Shown one piece after another: positions 47,403-57,652 of a stretch of DNA of 64,000 nucleotides. The stretch is from Desulfobacterales bacterium (GTDB lineage: Bacteria; Desulfobacterota; Desulfobacteria; Desulfobacterales; UBA2174), in contig CAXXWC010000021.1 of the NCBI GenBank assembly GCA_963668645.2, positions 928,001 through 992,000 on the forward strand. The letters run 5' to 3'. The position numbers and the translations under genes were made by a program. Positions within the stretch are counted from its first letter, which is position 1. Each line of letters opens with the position of its first letter. The notes beneath the pieces were generated by a model that worked only from the letters and a program-made list of their open reading frames with translations, ran no database searches and had not been told where the DNA came from.

Positions 47403-48324
47403 TGCGGGTTCCTCCTAACACCAGAAAAAGCATGGCCATGCGCACCGCCACTCCGTTGGTCACCTGGTCGAGAATCACCGAAAACGGCCCGTCGGCGACA
47501 TCCGGAGCCAGCTCCACACCCCGGTTGACCGGTCCTGGATGCATGATCAGGACGTCGGGCCGCGCCTTTGCCAGATGCGCCCGATTCAGGCCGTAGACGC
47601 GGGCGTATTCCCTCTCGGTGGGAAAAAGCCCCCCTTGCTGGCGTTCCTTTTGGATGCGCAGCATCATGATCACATCGGCCCCCTCGATAGCCCGATCCAC
47701 CTTGCAGGTCACCTCGGCGCCCAACTGCTCAATCCCCTTGGGGATCATGGTGGGCGGTCCGGCCAGAATCACCTGGGACCCCATGCGGGTAAAACCGATA
47801 CAGTTGGATCGGGCCACACGGCTGTGGGCGATATCCCCGATGATGGCGATGCGCAACCCGTCCAATCTTCCCTTGTGGTCGCGCACAGTAAGCATATCGA
47901 GCAGGGACTGGCTCGGATGTTCGTGGCGCCCGTCACCGGCGTTGATTACACTGCAGCGCACGTTGCGGGCGATCAGATGGGGGGCGCCGGCACTAGAATG
48001 GCGGATAACGATGACATCCGGATTCATGGCGTCAAGGTTGCGGGCCGTGTCGATGAGGCTTTCGCCCTTGACCAGGCTGCTGGTGCTTTTGGACAGGCTG
48101 AGGCTGTCGGCCGAAAGGCGCTTGGCGGCAACATCGAAAGATGTTTTGGTCCGCGTGCTCGGCTCGTAGAAAAAATGCACCACGGCCTTGCCGCGCAGGG
48201 TCGGCACTTTTTTTATAGGACGGTTGGAAATCTCGCGCATCTGCACGGCGGTGTCGAGAATCAGGTTTATCTCCTCCACCGACAAGGGTGCGATGCCGAG
48301 AATGTCTTTGCGCGTCAGTTGCAT
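47386..48324 (-). CDS. pyrB: Aspartate carbamoyltransferase catalytic subunit
   Basis: [35 protein letters not shown]. Confidence 0.97.
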   Translation of the reverse strand: MQLTRKDILGIAPLSVEEINLILDTAVQMREISNRPIKKVPTLRGKAVVHFFYEPSTRTKTSFDVAAKRLSADSLSLSKSTSSLVKGESLIDTARNLDAMNPDVIVIRHSSAGAPHLIARNVRCSVINAGDGRHEHPSQSLLDMLTVRDHKGRLDGLRIAIIGDIAHSRVARSNCIGFTRMGSQVILAGPPTMIPKGIEQLGAEVTCKVDRAIEGADVIMMLRIQKERQQGGLFPTEREYARVYGLNRAHLAKARPDVLIMHPGPVNRGVELAPDVADGPFSVILDQVTNGVAVRMAMLFLVLGGTRNANPD

Positions 48325-48411
48325 GGGGGCTCCAGCAAGGTGTTGAGAGCTAAAATGATATACAATCCCATCGCGCCGCCATTCAAAGTCCGCTCATCTT
48401 TTCCGCCCGTT

Positions 48412-49101
48412 TCATTTGATAAGGGTTCCAATCCGATCCCAGCGCACCCAGCGCCACCAAGTCAGCCACTCGGCTCCGCCCGGAAAGTGCTCCTTGTCCC
48501 AGGACCAATAAATGATAAAAGCCTCCCCCTTGACGGCCTTTAAATCCACAAATCCCCAGAAGCGGCTGTCGTAGCTGTGATCGCGATTGTCGCCCATCAC
48601 GAAAATCTTATCGGGTGGAACGGTCACCGGTCCCATATTGTCACGCGGCTGGAGGATCCCCGGGAGCACGTGGGGATCCATGAAGACTGCATAGGGCCGT
48701 TCAACGAGTTGCCCATTGATAAAGAGCTTCTTGTTTCGCACCTCCACCGTATCCCCGGCCACGGCTACGGTGCGTTTGATAAAGTCCTTGTCCGGATCCT
48801 CTGGAAAACGGAATACGACGATGTCCTCGGATTCGGGCTTACCGATCGGGATCAGGGTGGTTCCGAGCCAGGGCAGTTTGATGCCGTAGATGAACTTGTT
48901 GACCAGGATGTGATCTCCGATTTGAAGGGTCTCTTTCATCGAACCGGAAGGAATCTTGAAGGCCTGGACAACGAAGGCCCGGATAAACAGGGCGAGGAGA
49001 ATGGCGATGACAATGGCCTCGACATTTTCCCGCACACGCCCCTTGGTCGCAGAGGGCGAATTGTTTGGCGCTGCCGAATGTGAATTCACTGCATGGCTCA
49101 T
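48412..49101 (-). CDS. lepB: Signal peptidase I
   Basis: IPSGSM, FIKR, MGDNRDHSYDSR. Confidence 0.96.
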   Translation of the reverse strand: MSHAVNSHSAAPNNSPSATKGRVRENVEAIVIAILLALFIRAFVVQAFKIPSGSMKETLQIGDHILVNKFIYGIKLPWLGTTLIPIGKPESEDIVVFRFPEDPDKDFIKRTVAVAGDTVEVRNKKLFINGQLVERPYAVFMDPHVLPGILQPRDNMGPVTVPPDKIFVMGDNRDHSYDSRFWGFVDLKAVKGEAFIIYWSWDKEHFPGGAEWLTWWRWVRWDRIGTLIK

Positions 49102-49135
49102 TTTTCGTTTAACTTATGTCAAAGGTATATTTTAT

Positions 49136-49591
49136 CTATAAATAATGAAGTCCGCCGCGCAATAAAATATTGGCCACGATCCCGGCGGCCACATCGTCGG
49201 CCACGATCCCGATTCCCCCCGGCAGCTTTTCCAGGCGCCGGATGGGATATGGCTTGAGGATATCCAAGAGGCGGAAAAGGATAAATCCTGCGATGAGCAC
49301 GGCTCCATTGATCGGTATGCCCCAAAGCGTCACCAGCATGCCGGCCATCTCGTCGACAATAATGCTGCCCGGGTCCCTGGCTCCGAGCACCTTAGCCCCT
49401 CGGCCGGCCGCCCAGACCGCCAGCACCAGGAATACCAAAATGGCCAAGGCAGCGGTCTGCGGTTCGATGGCAGCCACCAGGAGGCACAAAGGAATCCCCG
49501 CGACCGTGCCGAAGGTGCCGGGAGCCACGGGGATCTTTCCGACCATCAGGCCGGTCGCACACCAGACCGCCACTTTGTCCATGGGCGTCAT
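49136..49591 (-). CDS. pgpA: Phosphatidylglycerophosphatase A
   Basis: APGTFGT, DPGSIIVDEMAG, FRLLDILKP, ADDVAAG. Confidence 0.95.
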   Translation of the reverse strand: MTPMDKVAVWCATGLMVGKIPVAPGTFGTVAGIPLCLLVAAIEPQTAALAILVFLVLAVWAAGRGAKVLGARDPGSIIVDEMAGMLVTLWGIPINGAVLIAGFILFRLLDILKPYPIRRLEKLPGGIGIVADDVAAGIVANILLRGGLHYL

Positions 49592-49723
49592 GGCTGGTGT
49601 CTATCCGCTGCCTTGGCGTTTGTCAAGTTATCAGAATCGGTGGTGTCCATTCCGTTCATGATGATCTGTTCATGGTCGCCTGCGCCTTGCGCGGCAAGTA
49701 AAACCACAAGAGCCGGTCAAGTC

Positions 49724-50890
49724 TCATTCCACCGCCCCCAGGTGCTGCTGCAGCCTGCTGTAAACCTCATGCAGCGGCAGGTCTCGTTCCCGGGCGATAC
49801 GCCGGCACTCCTCGTATTCGGGCACGCGACGCACTATACCCCGGGCTCCACAGATCCGTTTGACTTGGACCGGGCCGAAAGGGGTGTCACAGACTTCCTT
49901 GCGGCGCGCCAGAACCCGGCGCTGTACCAGGGTGTGGCGCACGCCCAGGCTGGTGGTTTCATCAAGAATCCGGGATATGAAAGCCTCCCGCTCGTGTGAA
50001 CGGCAAACCACCTGGATCTGGGTGCCGGGCCGATTTTTTTTCATCTGCACCGGAATCCAGCACACGTCCAGGGCTCCATCGGCAAAGAGCTGTTCCATCA
50101 GGAAGCCGAAAATTTCTGGATTCATGTCATCGATGGTCGCCTCGACGACGGCCACCGTTTCATCGTGCATAAGATCCGTGGGGCTGCCGGTCACGACACG
50201 CAGCAGATTGGGACGATCCTCGAGTTCACGCATCCCGGCCCCATAACCGATCCTGGCCACCTGCATGGCCGGCAGCGGCCCGAAGCCTTCTGCCAGACCG
50301 GCAATCAACGCCGCACCGGTGGGAGTCACCAGTTCGGCCTCCACCGGAACCCCGTAAACCGGAATCCCTTTTAGGATCTCGAGCGTCGCCGGGGCCGGCA
50401 GCGGCAATGCACCGTGGGCGCATTTGACCATCCCTCGCCCCTGGGGTAAAGCGGAGGCCTGAATTTTTCCAATCTCCAGTCGTTCTAACGCCAGACAGGT
50501 GCCAACGATGTCCACCAGGGCGTCGATGCCGCCGACTTCGTGAAAGTGCACCGATTCCGGCGCCACGGAGTGGATCTGCGATTCAGCCCTGGCGATAAGC
50601 TGGAAAACGGCCAGGCTTCTTCGACGAACAGCTTCGGAATAAGGACTGGCCTCGATCATGGCGCGAATCTGCGCCCAGTTGCGATGCACGTGGCCTTCGT
50701 CGGTAATGACTTCGATCCGGGTCGCCTGAATACCGTGGCGGTGCAATACCCCCTTTTGCAGCCGGAAGCCGTGAAGCGGCATCCGCATCAATTCGGCTTC
50801 CAGCCAATCCGGATCAAGCCCCAAGTGGACCAGAGCCCCTAATGTCATATCGCCGCTGATTCCGGCGAAACAGTCAAAATATGCCAGCAT
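49724..50890 (-). CDS. larC: Nickel pincer cofactor biosynthesis protein LarC
   Basis: DCFAGISGDM, VHFHEVG, ELVTPTGAA, MKKNRPG, PEYEEC. Confidence 0.92.
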   Translation of the reverse strand: MLAYFDCFAGISGDMTLGALVHLGLDPDWLEAELMRMPLHGFRLQKGVLHRHGIQATRIEVITDEGHVHRNWAQIRAMIEASPYSEAVRRRSLAVFQLIARAESQIHSVAPESVHFHEVGGIDALVDIVGTCLALERLEIGKIQASALPQGRGMVKCAHGALPLPAPATLEILKGIPVYGVPVEAELVTPTGAALIAGLAEGFGPLPAMQVARIGYGAGMRELEDRPNLLRVVTGSPTDLMHDETVAVVEATIDDMNPEIFGFLMEQLFADGALDVCWIPVQMKKNRPGTQIQVVCRSHEREAFISRILDETTSLGVRHTLVQRRVLARRKEVCDTPFGPVQVKRICGARGIVRRVPEYEECRRIARERDLPLHEVYSRLQQHLGAVE

Positions 50891-51163
50891 CAAACAATCC
50901 TATCCTCTTGCTAAAATCTTCCGGTCGGGCCTGGTGTCCAGCAGGTCAATGATCTTCGCAGGAGCGGAATATGCTCCCCTGCCCCCTGGCGCAACGTCCC
51001 GATCCGAAACCGGGTGACATGGCTCCCCCGATGAGAACCGGCCATTGCTTTTCAAGGTACCCCAAACCGTCTCGCAACGCTACCGGGAAAACAGCCCCAC
51101 CATGCAAACAACCGGGCCCATCTGGCGGCATCCAGCAAACACAGAGGGGAGAAAGAAAGCCAG

Positions 51164-51191
51164 TTGACAAAAACAGCGAAAAATCTATGAT
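51164..51191 (+). promoter_or_regulatory. sigma70 promoter of selC
   Basis: TTGACA-N16-TATGAT about 20 bp upstream of the tRNA. Confidence 0.65.
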
Positions 51192-51211
51192 GAGGCTCGT
51201 TTGTTGTTTGC

Positions 51212-51309
51212 GGAAGTGCGCAGCTCACTGGTGGGGCTCCCGGACTTCAAATCCGGTGTGGGGCGCTAAAACCGTCCCGGGTGGGTTCGATTCCCATGCA
51301 CTTCCGCCA
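51212..51309 (+). tRNA. selC: tRNA-Sec (TCA)
   Basis: 98 nt, GGAAG...CTTCCGCCA acceptor, anticodon arm CCGGA-CTTCAAA-TCCGG, long variable arm. Confidence 0.95.
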
Positions 51310-52074
51310 CACTCAAATTCCTTTAACATACTTATTTAACGTGGTATTTAAAATTTTTAAAATTACCAGCCCGGCATTGTCACTCGGACAGCTCTTTCAT
51401 AATTTTCTGCGTCTTTCGACAATATCTGGCATTGATGATGCCCCGATCCGGCCTTCCCCCCGTGCCTCCTGTAAAAATCGGTATGCCACTTCAACTATCC
51501 AATGAAAAGGCACACCGAAAGGTGCGGGCCACCTCTTCGCAGCTCTCTTTCCTTTCGGCCGGTGCAAGGGTCAATTTCTTGTCTTTGGCCGTGGTGGAAG
51601 CGATTATTTATTGAGGCTTGCACCAGTCAACCACTGTTTCATTGATACGGCTGACGGCATTCAAGTCGAAATTCCATGCTTGGCCTTCAAGCTTCCCGAC
51701 GGTCCAACTCCTGGCGTTGCCGGTAATGTCCGGCAGACCGAATATGCATTACGCGCCCCGGCCGGGCAGCGATTTACACTTGGCCCGCGCGCAAAATTCG
51801 GTGCCTGCCGGCATTCACGCACACACCAGGATCGCGCAAGGACCTGCTGGCGTCGAAAGATCGATGATTCGCCGGAAAATAAGCATCCGGAAAGCGCCGG
51901 CCCTCTGGTCAGAACGGACATGGACCGATTTACACTCATCGCCGCCAAAGGTCAGATTGGCCGAAATCGCACCAAAAATCACAAATTCAGACAAATCCTT
52001 GCCAGAACACTTTCAAGTTGCAGAAAAATATGTCAGACTGGGCCGAGAATAAAAAATGAACGGAGGTCATTTTC

Positions 52075-52659
52075 ATGGCGATCGTAAGCGAAAAATTCGA
52101 AACGATTACTGCCACAGCAAAACGGTTGTTCGCCGAAAGGGACTACGAAGGCATTACCACCCTCGAAATCTCAAAGGGTGCGAAGGTCACAGAGCCGCTC
52201 ATATACTACCATTTTTCAGGCAAACCGGATCTTTATGCCCATATTGTGCGGACCACCCATGACCTTTACCAGGACATGCTGAGAAAAATACCCAAATCGG
52301 GAAAGCCCAAATACCGGCTGAATGCACTGGTCGGGGCCCACTGTCAATTTTTAAAGGATTATCCCCATGAAGCGGCGCTGGTTTTCAGACCGGTTCCCCA
52401 CCGCCTCGAATCCGGCCGTGCCGATCTTGAAAAGTTGGTCGCCGGTGCACGCGAGGATCTGAAAAACCTGCTTGTCACCTATCTCCAGGGAGGAATCGCC
52501 GAAGGAACCTTTGCAGACGTGAATGTGCCCCTGACCGCCGACCTTCTCGCGCTGATGTTGTTCCGCCTTTTCGAGTCGGCGCTGGACAAGAGCGTCAAGA
52601 TAAACGGAAGCGCGCTGAAAGCCTTTTTTCGACGGGGGCTGGAAGGTTGTGCCGACTGA
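52075..52659 (+). CDS. TetR/AcrR family transcriptional regulator
   Basis: AKRLFAERDYEGITTLEISKGAKVTEPLIYYHFSGK. Confidence 0.92.
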   Translation: MAIVSEKFETITATAKRLFAERDYEGITTLEISKGAKVTEPLIYYHFSGKPDLYAHIVRTTHDLYQDMLRKIPKSGKPKYRLNALVGAHCQFLKDYPHEAALVFRPVPHRLESGRADLEKLVAGAREDLKNLLVTYLQGGIAEGTFADVNVPLTADLLALMLFRLFESALDKSVKINGSALKAFFRRGLEGCAD

Positions 52660-52991
52660 AATGGGTACCTGACCAGGCCAGGGGCTGATCGCATACAACC
52701 ACAATCACCACGCGTGAAGACCCGGCATAAACGGCCGATATCCCTTTCGGAAACGACTTCTCCGGTCTGGAGCATCCGGTGCCACGGCATCCTGTTCCAT
52801 CCCTGGGCAATCCGGATTTTGGACTTTTATTTTTTCAGTCCCGTCTCTTTAAACGGCTGTATAATCCGGGCCGGTGGGTATGGGGTGCCCTTTACAAGGG
52901 TTGATGGGACCATGCCGTAAAGCTCAGGAGCTTACCTGCTTCCGGGCCATGGCAGAAAACAGAACGCACCGATCTGATTGAGCCAGAATAT

Positions 52992-53033
52992 AAAAAAGGG
53001 GTTGGCCACCAGTGGCCGAACCCCTTTATTTTT
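52992..53033. terminator. Bidirectional intrinsic terminator after tRNA-Arg
   Basis: AAAAAAGGGGTTGGCCAC-ca-GTGGCCGAACCCCTTTATTTTT. Confidence 0.75.
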
Positions 53034-53034
53034 C

Positions 53035-53111
53035 TGGCGCGCCCGGCAAGATTCGAACTTGCGACCTACGGATTCGTAGTCCGGCACTCTATCCAACTGA
53101 GCTACGGGCGC
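53035..53111 (-). tRNA. tRNA-Arg (ACG)
   Basis: 77-nt cloverleaf, anticodon loop CTACGAA, CCA end; upstream TTGACA-N17-TATATC (53163-53135). Confidence 0.97.
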
Positions 53112-53211
53112 CTACCGTCGCAACGGTGGGTGACGATATAGGCCAAACGCTCAGGCTTGTCAACGGTTAGTTCAGCTTGATCTTGGCGCCGATTGGCAAT
53201 ATGAGAAGTTG

Positions 53212-53667
53212 ATGCAAAACGACGATCTTCATTACATGCAGTTGGCTCTATCGGCCGCCGAAAAGGCTGGACAGCGCGGTGAAGTTCCGATAGGAGCAGT
53301 ACTTGTCGCCGAATCGGGTGAATTGTTGGCTGTTTGCGGAAACCGCACCATCGAGTTGGCAGACCCTTCGGCGCATGCCGAAATGCTGGCCCTGCGCGAA
53401 GGCGCTCAGCGAGTCGGCAACTATAGAGTGGTTGGAACCACCTTGTATGCGACCATCGAGCCCTGCATCATGTGTATGGGAGCGGCGGTGCACGCCCGCA
53501 TCGACCGTCTGGTATTCGGTGCTCCAGACCCCAGGTGGGGGGCCGCCGGTTCGATGTACAACTTTTGCAATAACAGCCGTCTCAATCACTGCATCAAAAC
53601 CACCGGCGGCATTTTGGAAGATGCCTGCCGAACCATGATACAAAATTTTTTCCGCAGGCGGCGCTGA
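53212..53667 (+). CDS. tadA: tRNA adenosine(34) deaminase
   Basis: GEVPIGAV, AHAEM, TIEPCIMCMGA, LNH. Confidence 0.95.
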   Translation: MQNDDLHYMQLALSAAEKAGQRGEVPIGAVLVAESGELLAVCGNRTIELADPSAHAEMLALREGAQRVGNYRVVGTTLYATIEPCIMCMGAAVHARIDRLVFGAPDPRWGAAGSMYNFCNNSRLNHCIKTTGGILEDACRTMIQNFFRRRR

Positions 53668-53742
53668 ACTGCGGCCGGTGCCACGGCACCTTGACAGCTT
53701 TTCATACAAGGACAGATCTTTTTCTAAACATTAAGGAGCTGA

Positions 53743-55035
<1,293 letters not shown>

Positions 55036-55086
55036 TTTGCTGTTGACATCCGTGGCGCCTTGACTTAAAGGGTATTTTTTATTTGT

Positions 55087-55163
55087 CGGGAAGTGGCTCA
55101 GCCTGGTAGAGCACAGCGTTCGGGACGCTGGGGTCGCTGGTTCAAATCCAGTCTTCCCGACCA
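55087..55163 (+). tRNA. tRNA-Pro (CGG)
   Basis: 77-nt cloverleaf starting CGGGAAG, anticodon loop TTCGGGA, CCA end. Confidence 0.97.
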
Positions 55164-55173
55164 TAATAAAAAC

Positions 55174-55204
55174 AAAGGGTTAGGCAATTGCCTAACCCTT
55201 TTTT
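55174..55204 (+). terminator. Intrinsic terminator after tRNA-Pro
   Basis: AAAGGGTTAGGCAATTGCCTAACCCTTTTTT. Confidence 0.85.
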
Positions 55205-55373
55205 AACTTTACTGGAAGCAGGCAACGACGAATCGCGGTTTCAAGGCTGCACCAGCGGCCATATGCTCGGCATGCAGGCCGCCGGTAGTGTCACTTATTT
55301 TTCCGGTCTGCACCTTTGTATTATCCGCACACAACACGGACGCGACATCGTGCAGACCTCGTTCGCCTTTTGG

Positions 55374-57032
55374 CTAGTATGGTTTTGCGTTGGTCAGGGC
55401 GTCTCCCACGTAAAGCATGTATTGGAATGGCAGCCGGCCCTCACCTTTTTCTTCCATGATCTGTCCCAGTGTTGAACGCACCACCTGCTCTTTATCGGCG
55501 TAGCCTGCCATAATCACTATCCCCACTGGCGTTTGCAGCGGATAGTACTCTTGCAGCGCGTCGATGAACTTTTCAAATTCCGTACGCATGGTGAACAGCA
55601 CCATTGTGGCCTTTTCCCTGGCCATCTCCTCCACGGACCAGCCCGATGCCAGAAGCACCGAATGGGAGGTCTTGCCCTCGGTCACTCCCGCGCCCAGGGC
55701 GGCGTTGGCCGCATTGAAGCAGCTCATGCCCGGCACCACTTCGGTGTCGATGTCCTTAAATTCGTCCAGACTCCAGTTGCAGGGGCCATAAACCATGGGG
55801 TCGCCGCTGTCCAGCATGGCCACGATCTTGCCCTCGGCCACGGCCCGGCGCACGATGCCGGCGAACTCGGCCTGTTTCTGGTGATATTCCTCGCAGTTCA
55901 TGCGCTCGCGGCGTTCCTGGGCCGGCTGCTCGCCAGGTTTGGGGCAGGGCTTACCGTAGTGGGGAAAAAGCCGATGATAACCGTCGATGACATCTTTTCC
56001 TGCCAGCTCTTTGCTGAAGGTCTCTTTTATCCTGCGGTGGGCAAAAATCACGTCGGCCTTTTTGATGACTTCAAGGCCCCGCAGAGTGATCAGATCCGGA
56101 TCCCCTGGGCCCAGGCCCACAAGATAATACTTCCCTTTGCTCTTGGCCTCCCTGGACGGTGTATAGGCCGAGGCGCCAAGGGCGCGGCCCACATAGACCA
56201 GGGAGCGCCCGATGTCCACATCGGCCAGTTTTTCTTTGATATCGGTGATGGTCCCCAGCACAACCCTCTCTTTGGCGGGGTTTCCGGCATCCGACACCAC
56301 GCCCACCGGCATGTCAGCAGGGTAGACTTTGGCCAAACGGGCCAGAAGGCTATCCATCTTTCGGGGCATAAAGATGACCATGGTGGCTTTTTCGTGCCGG
56401 GCCAGGTTCTCCAGGGAGTCGGCATCGGCCCCTTTGTCGAACGGTGCCGTGATCATCACCTCCCCCAGGCCCGCCTTGAGGGCAGCGTTGGCCGCGTTAA
56501 AAGCACTGAGCCCAGGGACCACCTTGGCGTTGATATCCTGCAGGGTCAATACGCTCCAGATGCCGGGGCTGTATATGGTGGGATCACCGCCGATGGTCAT
56601 GACCACCTTTTTGCCCTGGGCCACAAATTGGCGCACCATGCCGGCAAACTCAGCTTGCAAATGATGGAATTCCTCGCAAGTTTTTCCCCAGCGGGTCTTG
56701 CGCGCGCCGTGGTCTTCAGGACACGGCTTGTTGTAAAAGGGGAAAATCAGATTGTATCCGTCGATGACCTGCTTTTCGCTGAAATCGACCTTTGGCTCCA
56801 GCATGGCCTTGGTTTCAGGCCGGCAAAACACCACGTCCGCCTCCTGGATGGCCTTTAGTTGCCGCGGCGTCATCAGGTCTAGACCCGCCGGTCCAAGTCC
56901 TACAAGCGTGTACCCCCCCCTGCCCGGATTATGCGTCTCGACCGCTTGGGCAGCAGCCAGTCCCGGCAGGGCCGCAACGATGGCCAGGATCCAAATGATT
57001 AAAGCCGACTTGATCTGTGCTTGGATTTTCAT
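55374..57032 (-). CDS. Tandem tetrapyrrole methylase (CobM/CbiF-like x2) with N-terminal signal peptide
   Basis: Two copies of LVGLGP..DL.T, GDP..Y, VPG.S.FNAANAAL; N-term MKIQAQIKSALIIWILAIVAALPGLAAA. Confidence 0.85.
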   Translation of the reverse strand: MKIQAQIKSALIIWILAIVAALPGLAAAQAVETHNPGRGGYTLVGLGPAGLDLMTPRQLKAIQEADVVFCRPETKAMLEPKVDFSEKQVIDGYNLIFPFYNKPCPEDHGARKTRWGKTCEEFHHLQAEFAGMVRQFVAQGKKVVMTIGGDPTIYSPGIWSVLTLQDINAKVVPGLSAFNAANAALKAGLGEVMITAPFDKGADADSLENLARHEKATMVIFMPRKMDSLLARLAKVYPADMPVGVVSDAGNPAKERVVLGTITDIKEKLADVDIGRSLVYVGRALGASAYTPSREAKSKGKYYLVGLGPGDPDLITLRGLEVIKKADVIFAHRRIKETFSKELAGKDVIDGYHRLFPHYGKPCPKPGEQPAQERRERMNCEEYHQKQAEFAGIVRRAVAEGKIVAMLDSGDPMVYGPCNWSLDEFKDIDTEVVPGMSCFNAANAALGAGVTEGKTSHSVLLASGWSVEEMAREKATMVLFTMRTEFEKFIDALQEYYPLQTPVGIVIMAGYADKEQVVRSTLGQIMEEKGEGRLPFQYMLYVGDALTNAKPY

Positions 57033-57334
57033 TTTTCCACCTTTTGATTGCGCGTTTATCCCTATTGAGGCCGAATCCGGATCCGCCCCGCGGTCCTAAA
57101 AACAATGATATTATTGTAAATACAAACACACCCGGCCGGCAGATAGGTGTGTGTTCCGTTACAGCATTTCTCCGTGTTCCTCCTTTTTTGCGATCGGTTA
57201 ACGCCCCATGGCATCAAAAAAAACGGCCATGCAGACCAGGCCCCTTACCGGGGCGCGGACCTTCATGGCCGTTTCACCTGATTTTTTGTCGATAAGACCT
57301 GAACACCGTGCCTTTAGGTTTGCTTAATAGCAAA

Positions 57335-57485
57335 CAACAAGGCGGATCTCCTGACTCCTGGGCATCCTCCTGCTCGGCTCCCTTTGCACCACCCTGAAGC
57401 TACAGCGGCCTTCTTTCCCGATTCCAGTGGCGGGGGAACAACGGCTTCTTACCGTCTTCTTTCAACCTGTGCCCTTGGCAATCCT
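57335..57485 (-). ncRNA. Cobalamin riboswitch (divergent)
   Basis: Minus strand GGTTGAAAG..CGGTAAGAAGCCG..CCCCCGCCACTG..GGGAAAG..AGTCAGGAGATCCGCC upstream of a tetrapyrrole methylase; boundaries approximate. Confidence 0.7.
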
Positions 57486-57652
57486 TTAGTGTCTTTTAGC
57501 ATATTTTTAGGAACCATTATCCAGTTTCCTGTGGAATGTCAAGCTGAATCGACCGCATCGGGGGCAAATCTCTGGTCCTGCTTTCCTCCATATCCCGTTT
57601 AGAAAAATGGCATTCAAAATTGACTTCTGCACACCGAAAATGTTTATAGCTT

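Noticed and set aside
51495..51560. Hairpin GCACACC-GAAA-GGTGCG considered as a c-di-GMP riboswitch
   Set aside because: The second stem and conserved flanks are not found and there is no clear downstream gene; it may be a terminator
52870..52960. Possible structured RNA between tetR and tRNA-Arg
   Set aside because: Only partial likeness to a riboswitch 5' stem; no SRP, 6S or B12-box motifs
51310..53030. Genomic island integrated at selC
   Set aside because: AT-rich start and an orphan TetR, but no integrase and no duplicated tRNA 3' end seen
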